From an uncultured Ignavibacteriales bacterium (GTDB lineage Bacteria; Zixibacteria; MSB-5A5; GN15; JAAZOE01): DNA of 37,807 nucleotides. The stretch spans positions 1-37,807 of the forward strand of contig CAZSYD010000021.1 in NCBI GenBank assembly GCA_964611355.1, given 5' to 3'. A model generated the notes under the pieces. It searched no databases. It was not told where the DNA came from and saw only the letters and a program-made list of their open reading frames with translations. Numbering within the stretch: position 1 is the first letter of the stretch; every line of letters starts with the position of its first letter. A program made the translations under genes and the position numbers. This document shows, piece by piece, positions 17,297 through 27,254 of the stretch.

Positions 17297-17866
17297 CTAA
17301 TTCTCCTTTTTGCCCTTGGTCTTTTCAGCTTTCTTCTCAGGTTTCACTGTGACGATCTTCAGCACCGGAATGATGCTCTTGGCGTTTTTATCCACCAGCA
17401 TCAGGGTGCCGTTGGGTGGCAGGGTGGTACTATCGGCGGCAAAGATCCCCGGTTCCCTTTTATCCCGGCTGGAGATATAAACTCGGGCGATTTCGCCGCT
17501 CCCGGGCGCCAGTAGCGGCTTGTTGGGGTTCATACGGGCGAGACCGCCGATGCGTACAGTCTGACCCGCGCTGTCGGTGGGATTGAATTTATGGGTAAAG
17601 TATTCGATACGAGCCCCGGCATATGATACCGAATCAACTCCCAGTTTAGCGATTCCGGCGGTGTATTCAACGGGAATATCAATGGCCGCCAGTTCCTCGT
17701 CATTCCAGACATGGGCGGAAATCATCCATTTGCCTTCGCCGGTATTTTCCAGGAAGAGAGAAACGGTATCGACCTTTCCGATGGGATCGGTCTGGGCCGA
17801 TACGGCTGCGGCCGTGAGGCACAGGCCGGCAACAAGAATGGCCGTTGTAAGAAGTCTTGGTGACAT
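17297..17866 (-). CDS. Secreted beta-sandwich protein, cohesin-like
   Basis: Signal peptide; D..G.VDTV, NDEEL..I.IP..Y, DSVSY.G.R, L.PGSG..A..Y pattern; Lys-rich tail. Cohesin call is by resemblance only. Confidence 0.6.
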   Translation of the reverse strand: MSPRLLTTAILVAGLCLTAAAVSAQTDPIGKVDTVSLFLENTGEGKWMISAHVWNDEELAAIDIPVEYTAGIAKLGVDSVSYAGARIEYFTHKFNPTDSAGQTVRIGGLARMNPNKPLLAPGSGEIARVYISSRDKREPGIFAADSTTLPPNGTLMLVDKNAKSIIPVLKIVTVKPEKKAEKTKGKKEN

Positions 17867-17879
17867 TTTTTCCTCCGGT

Positions 17880-19397
17880 TTATTCTAAAGATTCAGGATC
17901 GATTTCGGGCAAATCCTCTTGGTTTATCGAAGCGCTGTCGCTGGTTCCGAATTCCGCACGAAGGCGGTCAAGGTAGTTTTGAGCCAGTGCCGAATCTTCC
18001 AATTGATTGAAGGCTACTCTGGCGGAATTGAAAAGCGCCATGGCGCCGGTTTTTGTCTCGGGAACCATGGAATAAATTTTATCGTACGAATCGATAGCCT
18101 CTTTCCACCGGCCGGTGCGACCATAGGCGTCGGCCAAAAACATGTTGGCCGCCACGGCAATCGGCTGGTTCCGTTTTTTCTGAGCCACGCTCCGGTAAAA
18201 TTCGACAGCTCGACCGTACCAGATTTCAGCCAGTTTATCATCGTTTTCGGCGGTGAAATGGTCGGGGATATGAAGCGCGGCGCGGAAAGCATCCTCGGTA
18301 TAGGGGTAGTTTTCCATCAGCCATTGATACTCCGAGAGGGCTCGTTCCCAGCGGCCCTGTGATTCAAAAGCCCGGGCATAAAACAGTTGCGCCTTTGCGG
18401 TCAATTGCGGGTACCGCGCAAATTTTTTCTTTAATTCGGCCAGAGTCTTGCGCCCATCCTCGTAATCTTTCTGCGAACAAAGCGCCACACCCAGCCGAAG
18501 CATGGCGGTTCCGATAACACTGCTGTCCGGTTCGCGCCCTATAATTCCCCGGTACATCTTAATAGCTTTATCGACTTCTTTTTTCGAATCGTTATGGATA
18601 TTGGCGATAAGCAAAGCGGCGCGAACCTCGATCTGACCGGTGCTGTCTTTGATTTGTTCCAGTTGATCGACAGCTTTGTCCCAATCCTTGTTCATGGCGT
18701 AAACACGGGCGGCATAGACCGTGGCGGTTCGGAACAGGAGTGAGTTGGGATATTCGGTTTTCAACCGGTTATAGTAACCGACCGCCTGGCGGGTAAAAAT
18801 CCTTACTCGATCCGAATCGCCCATAGCCCGTGCGATATTGATCTTGTCCATCGGGAGCGATATGACGTCGGTATTAATGCGGTCAAGGCTGTCGGCCGGC
18901 GGGTAATAATCGGCAATGATTTTTTCATACAGGGCCAGGGTCGAGTCGAAAAGGTTGACCGACCGGTAAGTCAGAGCCAGCGCAAGGTTGGCTCCGGCGA
19001 GATCGTTCTTCTCAGCGGGGATATCGGCGCCGATTCTCCGGTAGGCGGCAATCGCCGAATCGAGTTCTCTGTGGGCGATATGGTATTTAGCCAGTTGTAC
19101 CGAAGCCGATATGGCCATCTTTCCCATCTCCGACAGGACGGTTTTGTTTTTGGCAACCTCGGGGCGATCCCGGTTTTCGACATAGTAATCAAGAATAGCC
19201 TGATAGGCTGATTTCAATTTCAGGCTGTCCTGCGCGGTTGTCAAATCGGGCTGAACGCTGATTCTTTCCGCTGCCCGCTCGGCGGCATAAGCCAGCTTTT
19301 CCATATCATAGCGGACCTTTTCCGCCGAATCGCTGCTGCAACCTGTCAGGAAAAGCAGAAAGACCGCAATAGAAAGTGAAATTACTGTTTTCTTCAT
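17880..19397 (-). CDS. TPR-repeat lipoprotein
   Basis: Lipobox LTGC; multiple TPR helices (A...Y..I...YP). Confidence 0.88.
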   Translation of the reverse strand: MKKTVISLSIAVFLLFLTGCSSDSAEKVRYDMEKLAYAAERAAERISVQPDLTTAQDSLKLKSAYQAILDYYVENRDRPEVAKNKTVLSEMGKMAISASVQLAKYHIAHRELDSAIAAYRRIGADIPAEKNDLAGANLALALTYRSVNLFDSTLALYEKIIADYYPPADSLDRINTDVISLPMDKINIARAMGDSDRVRIFTRQAVGYYNRLKTEYPNSLLFRTATVYAARVYAMNKDWDKAVDQLEQIKDSTGQIEVRAALLIANIHNDSKKEVDKAIKMYRGIIGREPDSSVIGTAMLRLGVALCSQKDYEDGRKTLAELKKKFARYPQLTAKAQLFYARAFESQGRWERALSEYQWLMENYPYTEDAFRAALHIPDHFTAENDDKLAEIWYGRAVEFYRSVAQKKRNQPIAVAANMFLADAYGRTGRWKEAIDSYDKIYSMVPETKTGAMALFNSARVAFNQLEDSALAQNYLDRLRAEFGTSDSASINQEDLPEIDPESLE

Positions 19398-20119
19398 CGC
19401 TATTTTCCCAATTGGACCTGCGACGGGTCTTTTTACTATATAATCGCCACAACGCCCAAAATATCAAGCGGTTGGCGACTTTTCTTCAAGCGCTGACAAA
19501 TCCCGTATTTGAAGTAGAATAGTTTCTCGATCATCGGTTTCTTCAAGACGGCCAGCGACAAATATCCAACGGCTTATACATTTGCAAAGAGCCTGTTCCA
19601 TGGCATAGATATATCAAAAAGGAGTTAAAATTTAGCCTATCTCAACGTCGATGTCAAGCGAGCCTTTCGTTAAATGTTGCAGGCGAATTGCCTCACAATA
19701 AATGTTACCAAAGGACGGCGCAATCTTCGACCGCAACCGGTTGCCTGTTTTGCCTCGATGAAAAATGGAGTTGGTAGGTGATAGGTTGCCATTAGTTATG
19801 GGGAAATGGGTTTGTTTCGTCATATTTTACTTTTCGTCCTATCGGTTTTGTGGTGATTCTGTTTTGCATTGAAGTGATGAACGGTTGATAATATTATTTT
19901 CGGCAATGAGCCGTCTTCGCCGATAGACATATTTATATCCTTGATGTAATTATCTATTAATTGGGTAAAGTGATGGAATACCATCGGTCGTATAGTGATT
20001 ATGGTGTAAGAAGTCTTTGCGGGGTAAAATAACAGGGGCGGATATGGACATTTGAATAGTCTTAAAATAGTCTCAAATGACTTTTCGATATACTCAAGGT
20101 GCGAAATATAATTAGACCT

Positions 20120-20845
20120 TCAAGCTTGCGATTTTTCCCCAAAATAAATCATTGCCATCCCCAATGTGTGCGGGAAAGCTTTTACATGACCAAATCCGGC
20201 TTCTCTTATTAAGGCCATGAAATCATCAGGGGAGGGAAAATCTTCGACGGAATCGTTTAAGTATTTGTAGGCTTTTCGATCGCCGGAGATGATTCCGCCG
20301 ATTATGGGCATGATGAATCTAAAGTAGAATGAGAACGCCAGGCTGACTATGGGATTTTCCGGCATTGCCGGTTCTATCATAACCAGCCTGCCGTGCGGTT
20401 TGAGAACGCGATGTATCTCTTTCAGGGCCGACAACCGGTCGGCGATATTTCTGATGCCGAACCCGATGGTAACGGCATCGATAGATTTATCGGTGAAGGG
20501 GAGATGCAAAGCATCAGCCTGACAAAGAACAAGGTTTGAATTATTTTTTGGATTGAGCCTGCTTTTTGCCGGATTCAACATGTCAGGGGAAAAATCAGCT
20601 CCAAAGACCTTTATATGTCCGCCGTATTTTTCCAGAAGAATCCGTATAAAATCACCTGTTCCGCAGCAGAGGTCGAGGGCGATTTTACCGCTCAGATCGC
20701 CCAGAAGCTCGACCGCCTGCCTGCGCCAGCGCATGTCCTGGCCCGCCGATAAAAGGCGATTCAGTAAATCGTATCGAGGGCTGATCCGGTTGAACATCGC
20801 CCGGATTTTTTTGGCTTGCCGTCTTTCAGTTATATTATCGTTCAT
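20120..20845 (-). CDS. ubiE: UbiE/MenG quinone biosynthesis C-methyltransferase
   Basis: MF..ISPRYDLLNRLLS.G.D..WR, LDLCCGTGD, DFS..ML, GFGIRN, AYKYL.DSV..FP. Confidence 0.93.
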   Translation of the reverse strand: MNDNITERRQAKKIRAMFNRISPRYDLLNRLLSAGQDMRWRRQAVELLGDLSGKIALDLCCGTGDFIRILLEKYGGHIKVFGADFSPDMLNPAKSRLNPKNNSNLVLCQADALHLPFTDKSIDAVTIGFGIRNIADRLSALKEIHRVLKPHGRLVMIEPAMPENPIVSLAFSFYFRFIMPIIGGIISGDRKAYKYLNDSVEDFPSPDDFMALIREAGFGHVKAFPHTLGMAMIYFGEKSQA

Positions 20846-20984
20846 TGGCGATCAGATAAAGTAATGGATGCGCAAGAGACTGGCAAATAGTATGATAGTG
20901 TTTTAAGATCAAATAGCTGAAATCAATGTCAAACGGTATTTTGGTTGTAATCAGGCAGTTATCTTGTGGGCCGTGGCGGGAGGA

Positions 20985-21851
20985 TTACATTCCTTTCCAG
21001 CCGATCGGTTTTTTATTGAAACCCAGGATCATCTTCCATGCCTGCTCGGCCGTGTCGGCAAAGCGGAAGAAGTCCGGATCATCCGGATCAATAGTACCTT
21101 CGGAAACCAGGAAATCGAAATTTATCAACTGAGTCCAGTAATCCCTTCCGAACAGGATAATCGGTATCCGTTTAGTCTTGTCGGTCTGAACCAGAGTAAG
21201 AGCTTCAAAAAGCTCATCAAGTGTTCCAAACCCGCCGGGGAAGGCGACCAGCGCTCTGGCCCGCATCACAAAATGCATTTTGCGAATGGCGAAATACCGG
21301 AACTGGAAACAAAGTTCCGGGGTGATATAAGGGTTCGGCGTTTGTTCCATTGGAAGAGTGACGTTCAGCCCGACCGATTTCGCGCCGCAATCGTAGGCGC
21401 CGCGATTGGCCGCTTCCATAATGCCGGGGCCGCCGCCGGTAACGATGACATATTCGCTCCCATTGGAGTTTTGCGATTCAGACGACGCCAATTCGGCGAA
21501 ACGGCGAGCTTCGTCATAATAACCTGACTTGGCCCGAACCCGCTTGGCGATAGACAACCTCTTCAATAATTCGGGATCGCGCGATTTGTTTTTCAGCAGA
21601 GCTTCCAGTTGCTTAACCCGTTTGCGGCATTCTTTCGGTTCCGGGATGCGGGTGCCGCCAAAGACGACGATAGTCGAGCGGATATTATGTTCGATAAAGC
21701 TCATTTCCGTTTTCATAAGTTCCAACTGGAGTCGCACCCCGCGCAGTTCATCCTGCATAATAAAATCGGGGTCTTCAAACGCCATCCGGTACGAAGGCTG
21801 GTTTTCCCACCAGTTGCCGTGATTTCCGGCTTTTTTCTTTCTTTCAGTCAT
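20985..21851 (-). CDS. LOG family (TIGR00730-like) nucleotide phosphoribohydrolase, long type
   Basis: TGGGPGIMEAANRGA, EQ.PNPY, FRYFAIRK, PGGFGTLDE; likely start ATG 21851. Confidence 0.92.
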   Translation of the reverse strand: MTERKKKAGNHGNWWENQPSYRMAFEDPDFIMQDELRGVRLQLELMKTEMSFIEHNIRSTIVVFGGTRIPEPKECRKRVKQLEALLKNKSRDPELLKRLSIAKRVRAKSGYYDEARRFAELASSESQNSNGSEYVIVTGGGPGIMEAANRGAYDCGAKSVGLNVTLPMEQTPNPYITPELCFQFRYFAIRKMHFVMRARALVAFPGGFGTLDELFEALTLVQTDKTKRIPIILFGRDYWTQLINFDFLVSEGTIDPDDPDFFRFADTAEQAWKMILGFNKKPIGWKGM

Positions 21852-21964
21852 ATTTTGTCCCGCAAAGTCATTATTCCAAACTCGCCCCATCTTATACCTG
21901 ATGAAAGATATGACCAGTTTTTTCCCAGCATGTATCCTTATCGGCAGAGAGCGGCTCTATTCTA

Positions 21965-22765
21965 TTAATCGGTTGAAGAGATTACCAAATCAACCTCTTC
22001 GTCTGGTAAAAGCTCCGAGCCGGCGTCTTCCGACTGTTCCATAACCGTTTCCGGCAGGTAATTTTCGTCGATTATCCGGGTTACCAGACCGACTTTCAAT
22101 CCTTTTTCTTCAAGGCGCAGCGTGGCCTCATCGAGCGAAAGACCAATCAGCCGTGGAACAAAAACGGTCCGTTGATACGGCCCGCGATTGACCATCAGAT
22201 TGACGTCGCTACCGTAGGGGATTTTTGTGCCCGCACGCGGATATGAGAAAACGACCACCTTTTCCGGCAGCGAATCTGCCAGAGTCCATTCGACATCACC
22301 CAGGGTGAACCCGGCTGCTTCCAGCTTCAGGCAGGCCTGCCTGATGGAGAAGCCGCGCAGATCCGGGATTTCGACCGCTTTCTGTCCCAGCGAGGTGACC
22401 ACCTTTATCGTCCGGCCCGATTTTACCATGGTGCCGCCGACAGGGAATTGAGAGAGAATGGTTCCGGTCGGTTTTTCGGGATGATATTCTTCCGAGGTGA
22501 TCTCGAGACGCAGGTTCCCTTCCCGGACGATCGGCTCGGCTTCAACTACTGTCATACCGATAATATTAGTCAACGGAAATTCCGATCCGTGGCGTGTGAT
22601 AGCCGGCATGACGATTTCATTCATAATAATAAAAAGAATAATCAGGGCGAGCAAAGAAGCGGTGATATTTATGGTATACCTGGCCCAGGTTGATTTCGGC
22701 AGGCTCAGTTTCCTGCGCAGGATGGACCGTTCCCCGGCGCTTTTTTCCCGTCTATAATTTATCAT
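21965..22765 (-). CDS. Membrane-anchored PASTA-domain protein (3 PASTA repeats)
   Basis: N-terminal TM; repeats P.L.G.S...A...L...GL..G...V..Q.P..G. Confidence 0.9.
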   Translation of the reverse strand: MINYRREKSAGERSILRRKLSLPKSTWARYTINITASLLALIILFIIMNEIVMPAITRHGSEFPLTNIIGMTVVEAEPIVREGNLRLEITSEEYHPEKPTGTILSQFPVGGTMVKSGRTIKVVTSLGQKAVEIPDLRGFSIRQACLKLEAAGFTLGDVEWTLADSLPEKVVVFSYPRAGTKIPYGSDVNLMVNRGPYQRTVFVPRLIGLSLDEATLRLEEKGLKVGLVTRIIDENYLPETVMEQSEDAGSELLPDEEVDLVISSTD

Positions 22766-22790
22766 ATTACGTTATACAAGGATTTATAGT

Positions 22791-24197
22791 TTATGATTTT
22801 TTTGATCTGGAGCCAACTTTTTTCTTCAGGCGGACACAAAAACCGCCGTCGAGGTTTTCGAAATCGGGATAGGTTTTTACGAAACCTCGTTCGTTGACCA
22901 GCTCTTTGGGGAAGGTTTTGGCCGCCGAATCGATGGAGAAATCCCGCCTTTCCAGGAGGAACTCTTCGATAACCTGGTCGTTTTCGTCCCTGATGATAGT
23001 GCAGGTGGAATAGACCAGTAGCCCGCCCGGGTTAACCAGGGTTGCCGCATGGCGCAGCAAACGGCCCTGGGTTTCGGCCAGCTTGAGGGAATCTTCCTTT
23101 GACTTTGACCAGCGCAGGTCGCTGTTTTTGCCAACCACGCCCCATCCGGAGCAGGGGGCGTCAAATAGGACTTTGTGGCATTTGGGGCCCTTAAAATCGA
23201 GTATATCGCAAAGAACCGGCGCAATGATCTTTATCCCCAATCTTTGGGCGTTGGCAAATAGCGTTTCCAGGCGGTTGTTGTTAATATCCACCGCCGTAAT
23301 AAGGCCCTGGTTTTTCATTTTGGCCGCGGCATAAGTCGACTTACCGCCGGGGGCGGCGGCCAAATCCAGGATATGATTTCGGGGTCGCGGATTGAGCAGC
23401 TTGATCGGCAAACCGGCCGATTCGTCCTGGATATATACTCTGCCGGGATCAACCAGTTTTTCCTGAAGGGGAAGACCCGGTTTGGTAATGTGATAAAAAT
23501 CTTCCAGGTACTTGCTCTGCCGGTATTCGACATTGTTCCGATCGAGCAATTCGGTGAGTTGTTCGTGGCTGAATCGCAGGTGGTTTACCCGGTAAGTTAG
23601 AGTCGGCGGCCGGTTGCCTCGGACGAGCAGTTTCTCGGCCTTATCGACGCCAAACTCATCGCAGCAATATTTGACAAACCAGTCCGGATAACTGTGGTAG
23701 ACGGCCAGGTACTCTTCCGTTTTTTCATTCTTATCGGGATAGACGACCTTTTCCGGATTACGCAGGTAATTCCTCAGTATGGCGTTGACAAACGAACCCC
23801 GGCTGTGGTGAACCAGCCCCCGGGCAAGGTTGACCGTCTCTGAGACCGCCGCACCGTGAGGGATACGATCGGTAAAAATCAGTTGGTATAAACCAAGACG
23901 CAGAATATTGCGCGTAACTTTGTCGATTTTGACGTCAGGGCGGGTTAAGTAAAACGCAGAGATAAAATCAAGCCGCCGTTTCATCTTTATTGTGCCGTGG
24001 CATAGTTGCAACAGGAAACGGCGATCGAGTTCATTGAATTTGGCGTCGCCAAGCACATTGTTTATGGCAACGTCCACTTTCCACCCTTTATCAAGGGCCA
24101 AATCCAGCACATGGATGCAGGCGGCTCGAACGGGGTCGTATTTCTGCCTTGGTGATTCCCGGGTAACTTTCGGTTTGTGGATGGATTTATCGGCCAT
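22791..24197 (-). CDS. rsmB: 16S rRNA m5C967 methyltransferase
   Basis: NusB-like N-terminus (LRLGLYQL, FVNAILR), QDES, DLAAAPGGKS, DAPCSG.G, YSTCT, DGGF. Confidence 0.93.
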   Translation of the reverse strand: MADKSIHKPKVTRESPRQKYDPVRAACIHVLDLALDKGWKVDVAINNVLGDAKFNELDRRFLLQLCHGTIKMKRRLDFISAFYLTRPDVKIDKVTRNILRLGLYQLIFTDRIPHGAAVSETVNLARGLVHHSRGSFVNAILRNYLRNPEKVVYPDKNEKTEEYLAVYHSYPDWFVKYCCDEFGVDKAEKLLVRGNRPPTLTYRVNHLRFSHEQLTELLDRNNVEYRQSKYLEDFYHITKPGLPLQEKLVDPGRVYIQDESAGLPIKLLNPRPRNHILDLAAAPGGKSTYAAAKMKNQGLITAVDINNNRLETLFANAQRLGIKIIAPVLCDILDFKGPKCHKVLFDAPCSGWGVVGKNSDLRWSKSKEDSLKLAETQGRLLRHAATLVNPGGLLVYSTCTIIRDENDQVIEEFLLERRDFSIDSAAKTFPKELVNERGFVKTYPDFENLDGGFCVRLKKKVGSRSKKS

Positions 24198-24278
24198 GGC
24201 GCCAAGTTGCTCCTTAAACTCTAATCAGCCTCCAACTCCGTATATCGGCTGGAAATGGGTTTGAATATACTGCAAATG

Positions 24279-26804
24279 TCAGATTACCGCCGTTAACGGA
24301 TCCAGGCAGGTTCCCTGTTCGTCCCTGTAGTGCAGCATCTTGCGGTGGAAATGAAAAGAGATGATCTGTTCCGGCTCAAAGATATTCAATACATCCAGGA
24401 CCTCGTTCGGTTTGGCATATCCTCCCTGCCCCAAGCCCAGCTCCATCTCGATGACGGACTCGGTATCGCCGCGGTGGAGATCAAGGCGATAGATGGCTGG
24501 TCGGATATCGACTTTCTTACCGCCTTCCCGGGTGGTTCGGACAGCGATGACCGAATCCCTACTCAGGACTTCGTCCATCCGTCTATAAAGCAGGTCGGGA
24601 TCTCCGAAGTTTCCCCTGATTGTATAAACGGCTCGATTAAGAAGAGTAGAGATGGCCGGCGCCTTGGAGAAAATCAACTTATAGTCGTATATGGAAAAAC
24701 CGCCGGGCAGCATCTGTGCCAGGGCGTCAATCTCCTCGCGAGAACAGCTTCCGTCAATTTGAATGTCGAGAAATTCGGATTCGGAACTGTAGCCGACCGG
24801 CAGCGGTGGGCCGAAGGATAACTTTTGATGCGGATGGAATCCCAAACTGTAAACTACCGGCAGATTGGCTCGCCTGATGGCTCGTCCAAAAACCCGGTTG
24901 TTGTCGAGGTGCGACATGAAACGGACCAGCCCCGATTTACCCCATTTCAACCGGATTTTTCCTCGAATGGGATTGGCGGTGGTCCGCGTTACCGGGATTT
25001 TTATTTTCCGCCGGCCGAACATATTTTCGCTGTTTGAGGATTGTCTTGCATTCATGGAAACGGCCGGCTCCTCGAATGATTCGTTTATGACTTCCGCGAT
25101 ACGGGATCTTTCCTTTGCGAGTTTCTCACCGGATTTCCCGGAGTCGATATGATCCCAGGGCAACGGTTCCGAGAAGCTGAATTCGCGGGCAAGCTCTTCG
25201 GGTTCAAGCCCGTTTTCGGCAAAAGCCTTTTTCCATTTTTCGATGTCAAAATGTTCGCTCCAGCCGTCAAATCGGGCGCCACCTTGGAAGGCAGACAGGA
25301 TAACTTTCCCTACCCGGCGATTACCCCGACCGATAATGCCTTCCACGTAGGAGCGATGGGGATCTCTGAATTTCAGCGTTACCTCGCGGGCTCGGATATT
25401 CTCTTTCAAATAAGTATTTTTTCTCCTGATTTCCTCCGGGGGGCGGAGTCGATCCCACTGGAAAGGCGTATGGGCCTTTGGTGAAAAGGGAGAGATGGTA
25501 ATATTTATTTTATGCCGGCCCTTAATCTGACGGCCAACCATGACAACTTTTGCAATCAGGTCGATGATTCCCCGGATATCATCGTCGGTCTCAGTGGGAA
25601 GGCCGATCATGAAGTAGAGTTTTACCAACTGCCAGCCTTTTTCAAAGGCCAACCTGACCGCGTCAAGGAGTTCTTTTTCGGTGATTTTTTTGCCGATAAC
25701 ACGGCGCATCCGGTCAGTCCCGACTTCAGGCGCGAAAGTCAATCCCGTTTTATGGCTTTTTCTGGCGGCATCGGCCATGGTGACGTTGAAACCGGCCGGT
25801 CTGAGAGACGGCAGCGACAGGGCAATCTTTTTGGGTTCCAGGGCCGTAACCAGTGTTGAAGTCAGGCTGTCGATGTCCGGATAATCGCTGGTTGAGAGGG
25901 AGAGAAGACCGACCTCATCGTGTCCGGTAGCCTTGAGACCGGCCATCGCCTGTTTTTTGATATCGTCTATGCTGCGGATACGAACCGGTCTATAAATCCT
26001 GCTTGCCTGACAGAACCGGCAACTCCGGGGACAACCGCGCATAATCTCCACGGTAACCCGATCATGAGTGATTTCTGTCAGTGGTACGATCGGCTGGGAG
26101 GGATAATATTCGGGCCGCAATTTAAGGGTATGGCGGGCGGTGATTTTTTCCGGAACGCCGTCGATGACCGGCTTTTTTGTTTTAGCATCATAAAAAGCGG
26201 GAACGTAAACCGATTCCACCTTCGCCAGGCGCAGAAGCCTTTCCCGACGGCTTTTGCCACGGCCTTCTTTTAACGCTTCAATCAACTCCGGGATAGCTTC
26301 CTCGACCTCGCCGATGAAGAAAAAATCAATGAAATCGGCCATTGGCTCCGGGTTGAAACAGATCGGCCCTCCGGCGGCCACTAATGGTTCTTCATCGCTT
26401 CGCTCGGATGTCAGGAGGGAAATACCGGCCAGGTTGAGCATGTTAAGCAGATTAGTGTAAACCATTTCATAGGAGAGGGTAAAACCGATCACATCGAATT
26501 CGCGTAAAGGACGGTAAGTTTCCAGCGAATAAAGGGGGATGTCGCGGGTCCGCATAAGATTTTCAGCGTCGCGCCAGGGAGCATATACCCTTTCGCAAAG
26601 CGCGTCATCCCGACAATTGATAATATGATAGATAATTTGTGTGCCGTAGTACGACATCCCGATCTCATAGAGATCCGGATAGCCGAGAGCGATATTTATT
26701 CGATCTCGATGTTCTTTGACGGTAATGCCGATTTCCTGTCCGATGTAGCGAGTTGGTTTTTCGACGAAAGGGAAAAACTTCTTTTCCAGTATGTCGCGCA
26801 TCAT
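24279..26804 (-). CDS. B12-binding radical SAM protein (TIGR03960-like) fused to radical SAM-linked domain (TIGR03936/DUF2344-like)
   Basis: KPTRY.G.E, PDLYEIGMS, RGCPRSCRFCQA, FAPE.G, YFMIGLP, PK.HTPFQW; C-terminal F.SHLD, GFHPH.KLSF. Confidence 0.92.
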   Translation of the reverse strand: MMRDILEKKFFPFVEKPTRYIGQEIGITVKEHRDRINIALGYPDLYEIGMSYYGTQIIYHIINCRDDALCERVYAPWRDAENLMRTRDIPLYSLETYRPLREFDVIGFTLSYEMVYTNLLNMLNLAGISLLTSERSDEEPLVAAGGPICFNPEPMADFIDFFFIGEVEEAIPELIEALKEGRGKSRRERLLRLAKVESVYVPAFYDAKTKKPVIDGVPEKITARHTLKLRPEYYPSQPIVPLTEITHDRVTVEIMRGCPRSCRFCQASRIYRPVRIRSIDDIKKQAMAGLKATGHDEVGLLSLSTSDYPDIDSLTSTLVTALEPKKIALSLPSLRPAGFNVTMADAARKSHKTGLTFAPEVGTDRMRRVIGKKITEKELLDAVRLAFEKGWQLVKLYFMIGLPTETDDDIRGIIDLIAKVVMVGRQIKGRHKINITISPFSPKAHTPFQWDRLRPPEEIRRKNTYLKENIRAREVTLKFRDPHRSYVEGIIGRGNRRVGKVILSAFQGGARFDGWSEHFDIEKWKKAFAENGLEPEELAREFSFSEPLPWDHIDSGKSGEKLAKERSRIAEVINESFEEPAVSMNARQSSNSENMFGRRKIKIPVTRTTANPIRGKIRLKWGKSGLVRFMSHLDNNRVFGRAIRRANLPVVYSLGFHPHQKLSFGPPLPVGYSSESEFLDIQIDGSCSREEIDALAQMLPGGFSIYDYKLIFSKAPAISTLLNRAVYTIRGNFGDPDLLYRRMDEVLSRDSVIAVRTTREGGKKVDIRPAIYRLDLHRGDTESVIEMELGLGQGGYAKPNEVLDVLNIFEPEQIISFHFHRKMLHYRDEQGTCLDPLTAVI

Positions 26805-26837
26805 CCGCCTGCAAGAATCACCTTTAAATGGTTTGAA

Positions 26838-27023
26838 TTACCCGTAGATTTCGGCTTCGTTACACTTGCAGACGCCGACCTGCCGAGTCGTAAATCTCCA
26901 GTTGCCGTTTCTTTTGACGGCTTTCATCAGCTTGATATGCGTAATTTCGCCGTTACAGACAGGGCAGATACTAACCTGCGCTTTCTTCGCTAATTTGTCG
27001 GCAAACGATTGTCTCTTCGCCAT
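26838..27023 (-). CDS. Small basic Cys4 protein, DUF4295/bL38-like candidate
   Basis: 61 aa, MAKRQSFADK...CPVC...IKLMKAVKRNGNWRF...CKC; GGGAG RBS. Confidence 0.8.
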   Translation of the reverse strand: MAKRQSFADKLAKKAQVSICPVCNGEITHIKLMKAVKRNGNWRFTTRQVGVCKCNEAEIYG

Positions 27024-27252
27024 TTTCAGCAGTCTCCCTGATATGATTTTCTAATTTCGATATCTTGACTTTTTCCTGCTGCAGAGCCGCCATTAAGCCG
27101 GCCGCCCGGGTCATTATATTGAATCCCCTGCTGTCGCCGTACAGCTTTGCGCATGCCCTGAATTCCTTATCGGCAACAGAATAGTCTTTCTTTCTTAGCG
27201 CCTCCAGCCCGCGGCAGTAAGCCTTTTCCTCCGGAGTCAGAATGCCGTCCAT
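26971..27252 (-). CDS. Hypothetical helical protein (single TPR-like)
   Basis: In operon, 2 nt after the upstream stop; overlaps the next gene by 53 nt. Confidence 0.65.
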   Translation of the reverse strand: MDGILTPEEKAYCRGLEALRKKDYSVADKEFRACAKLYGDSRGFNIMTRAAGLMAALQQEKVKISKLENHIRETAENGEETIVCRQISEESAG

Positions 27253-27254
27253 TC

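Noticed and set aside
19465..19823. Short minus-strand ORFs (63 aa at 19632-19823; about 45 aa ending ...QIRDLSALEEK, faintly like a PAS-domain end)
   Set aside because: No recognisable family, weak RBS, and the similarity is too short to exceed chance.
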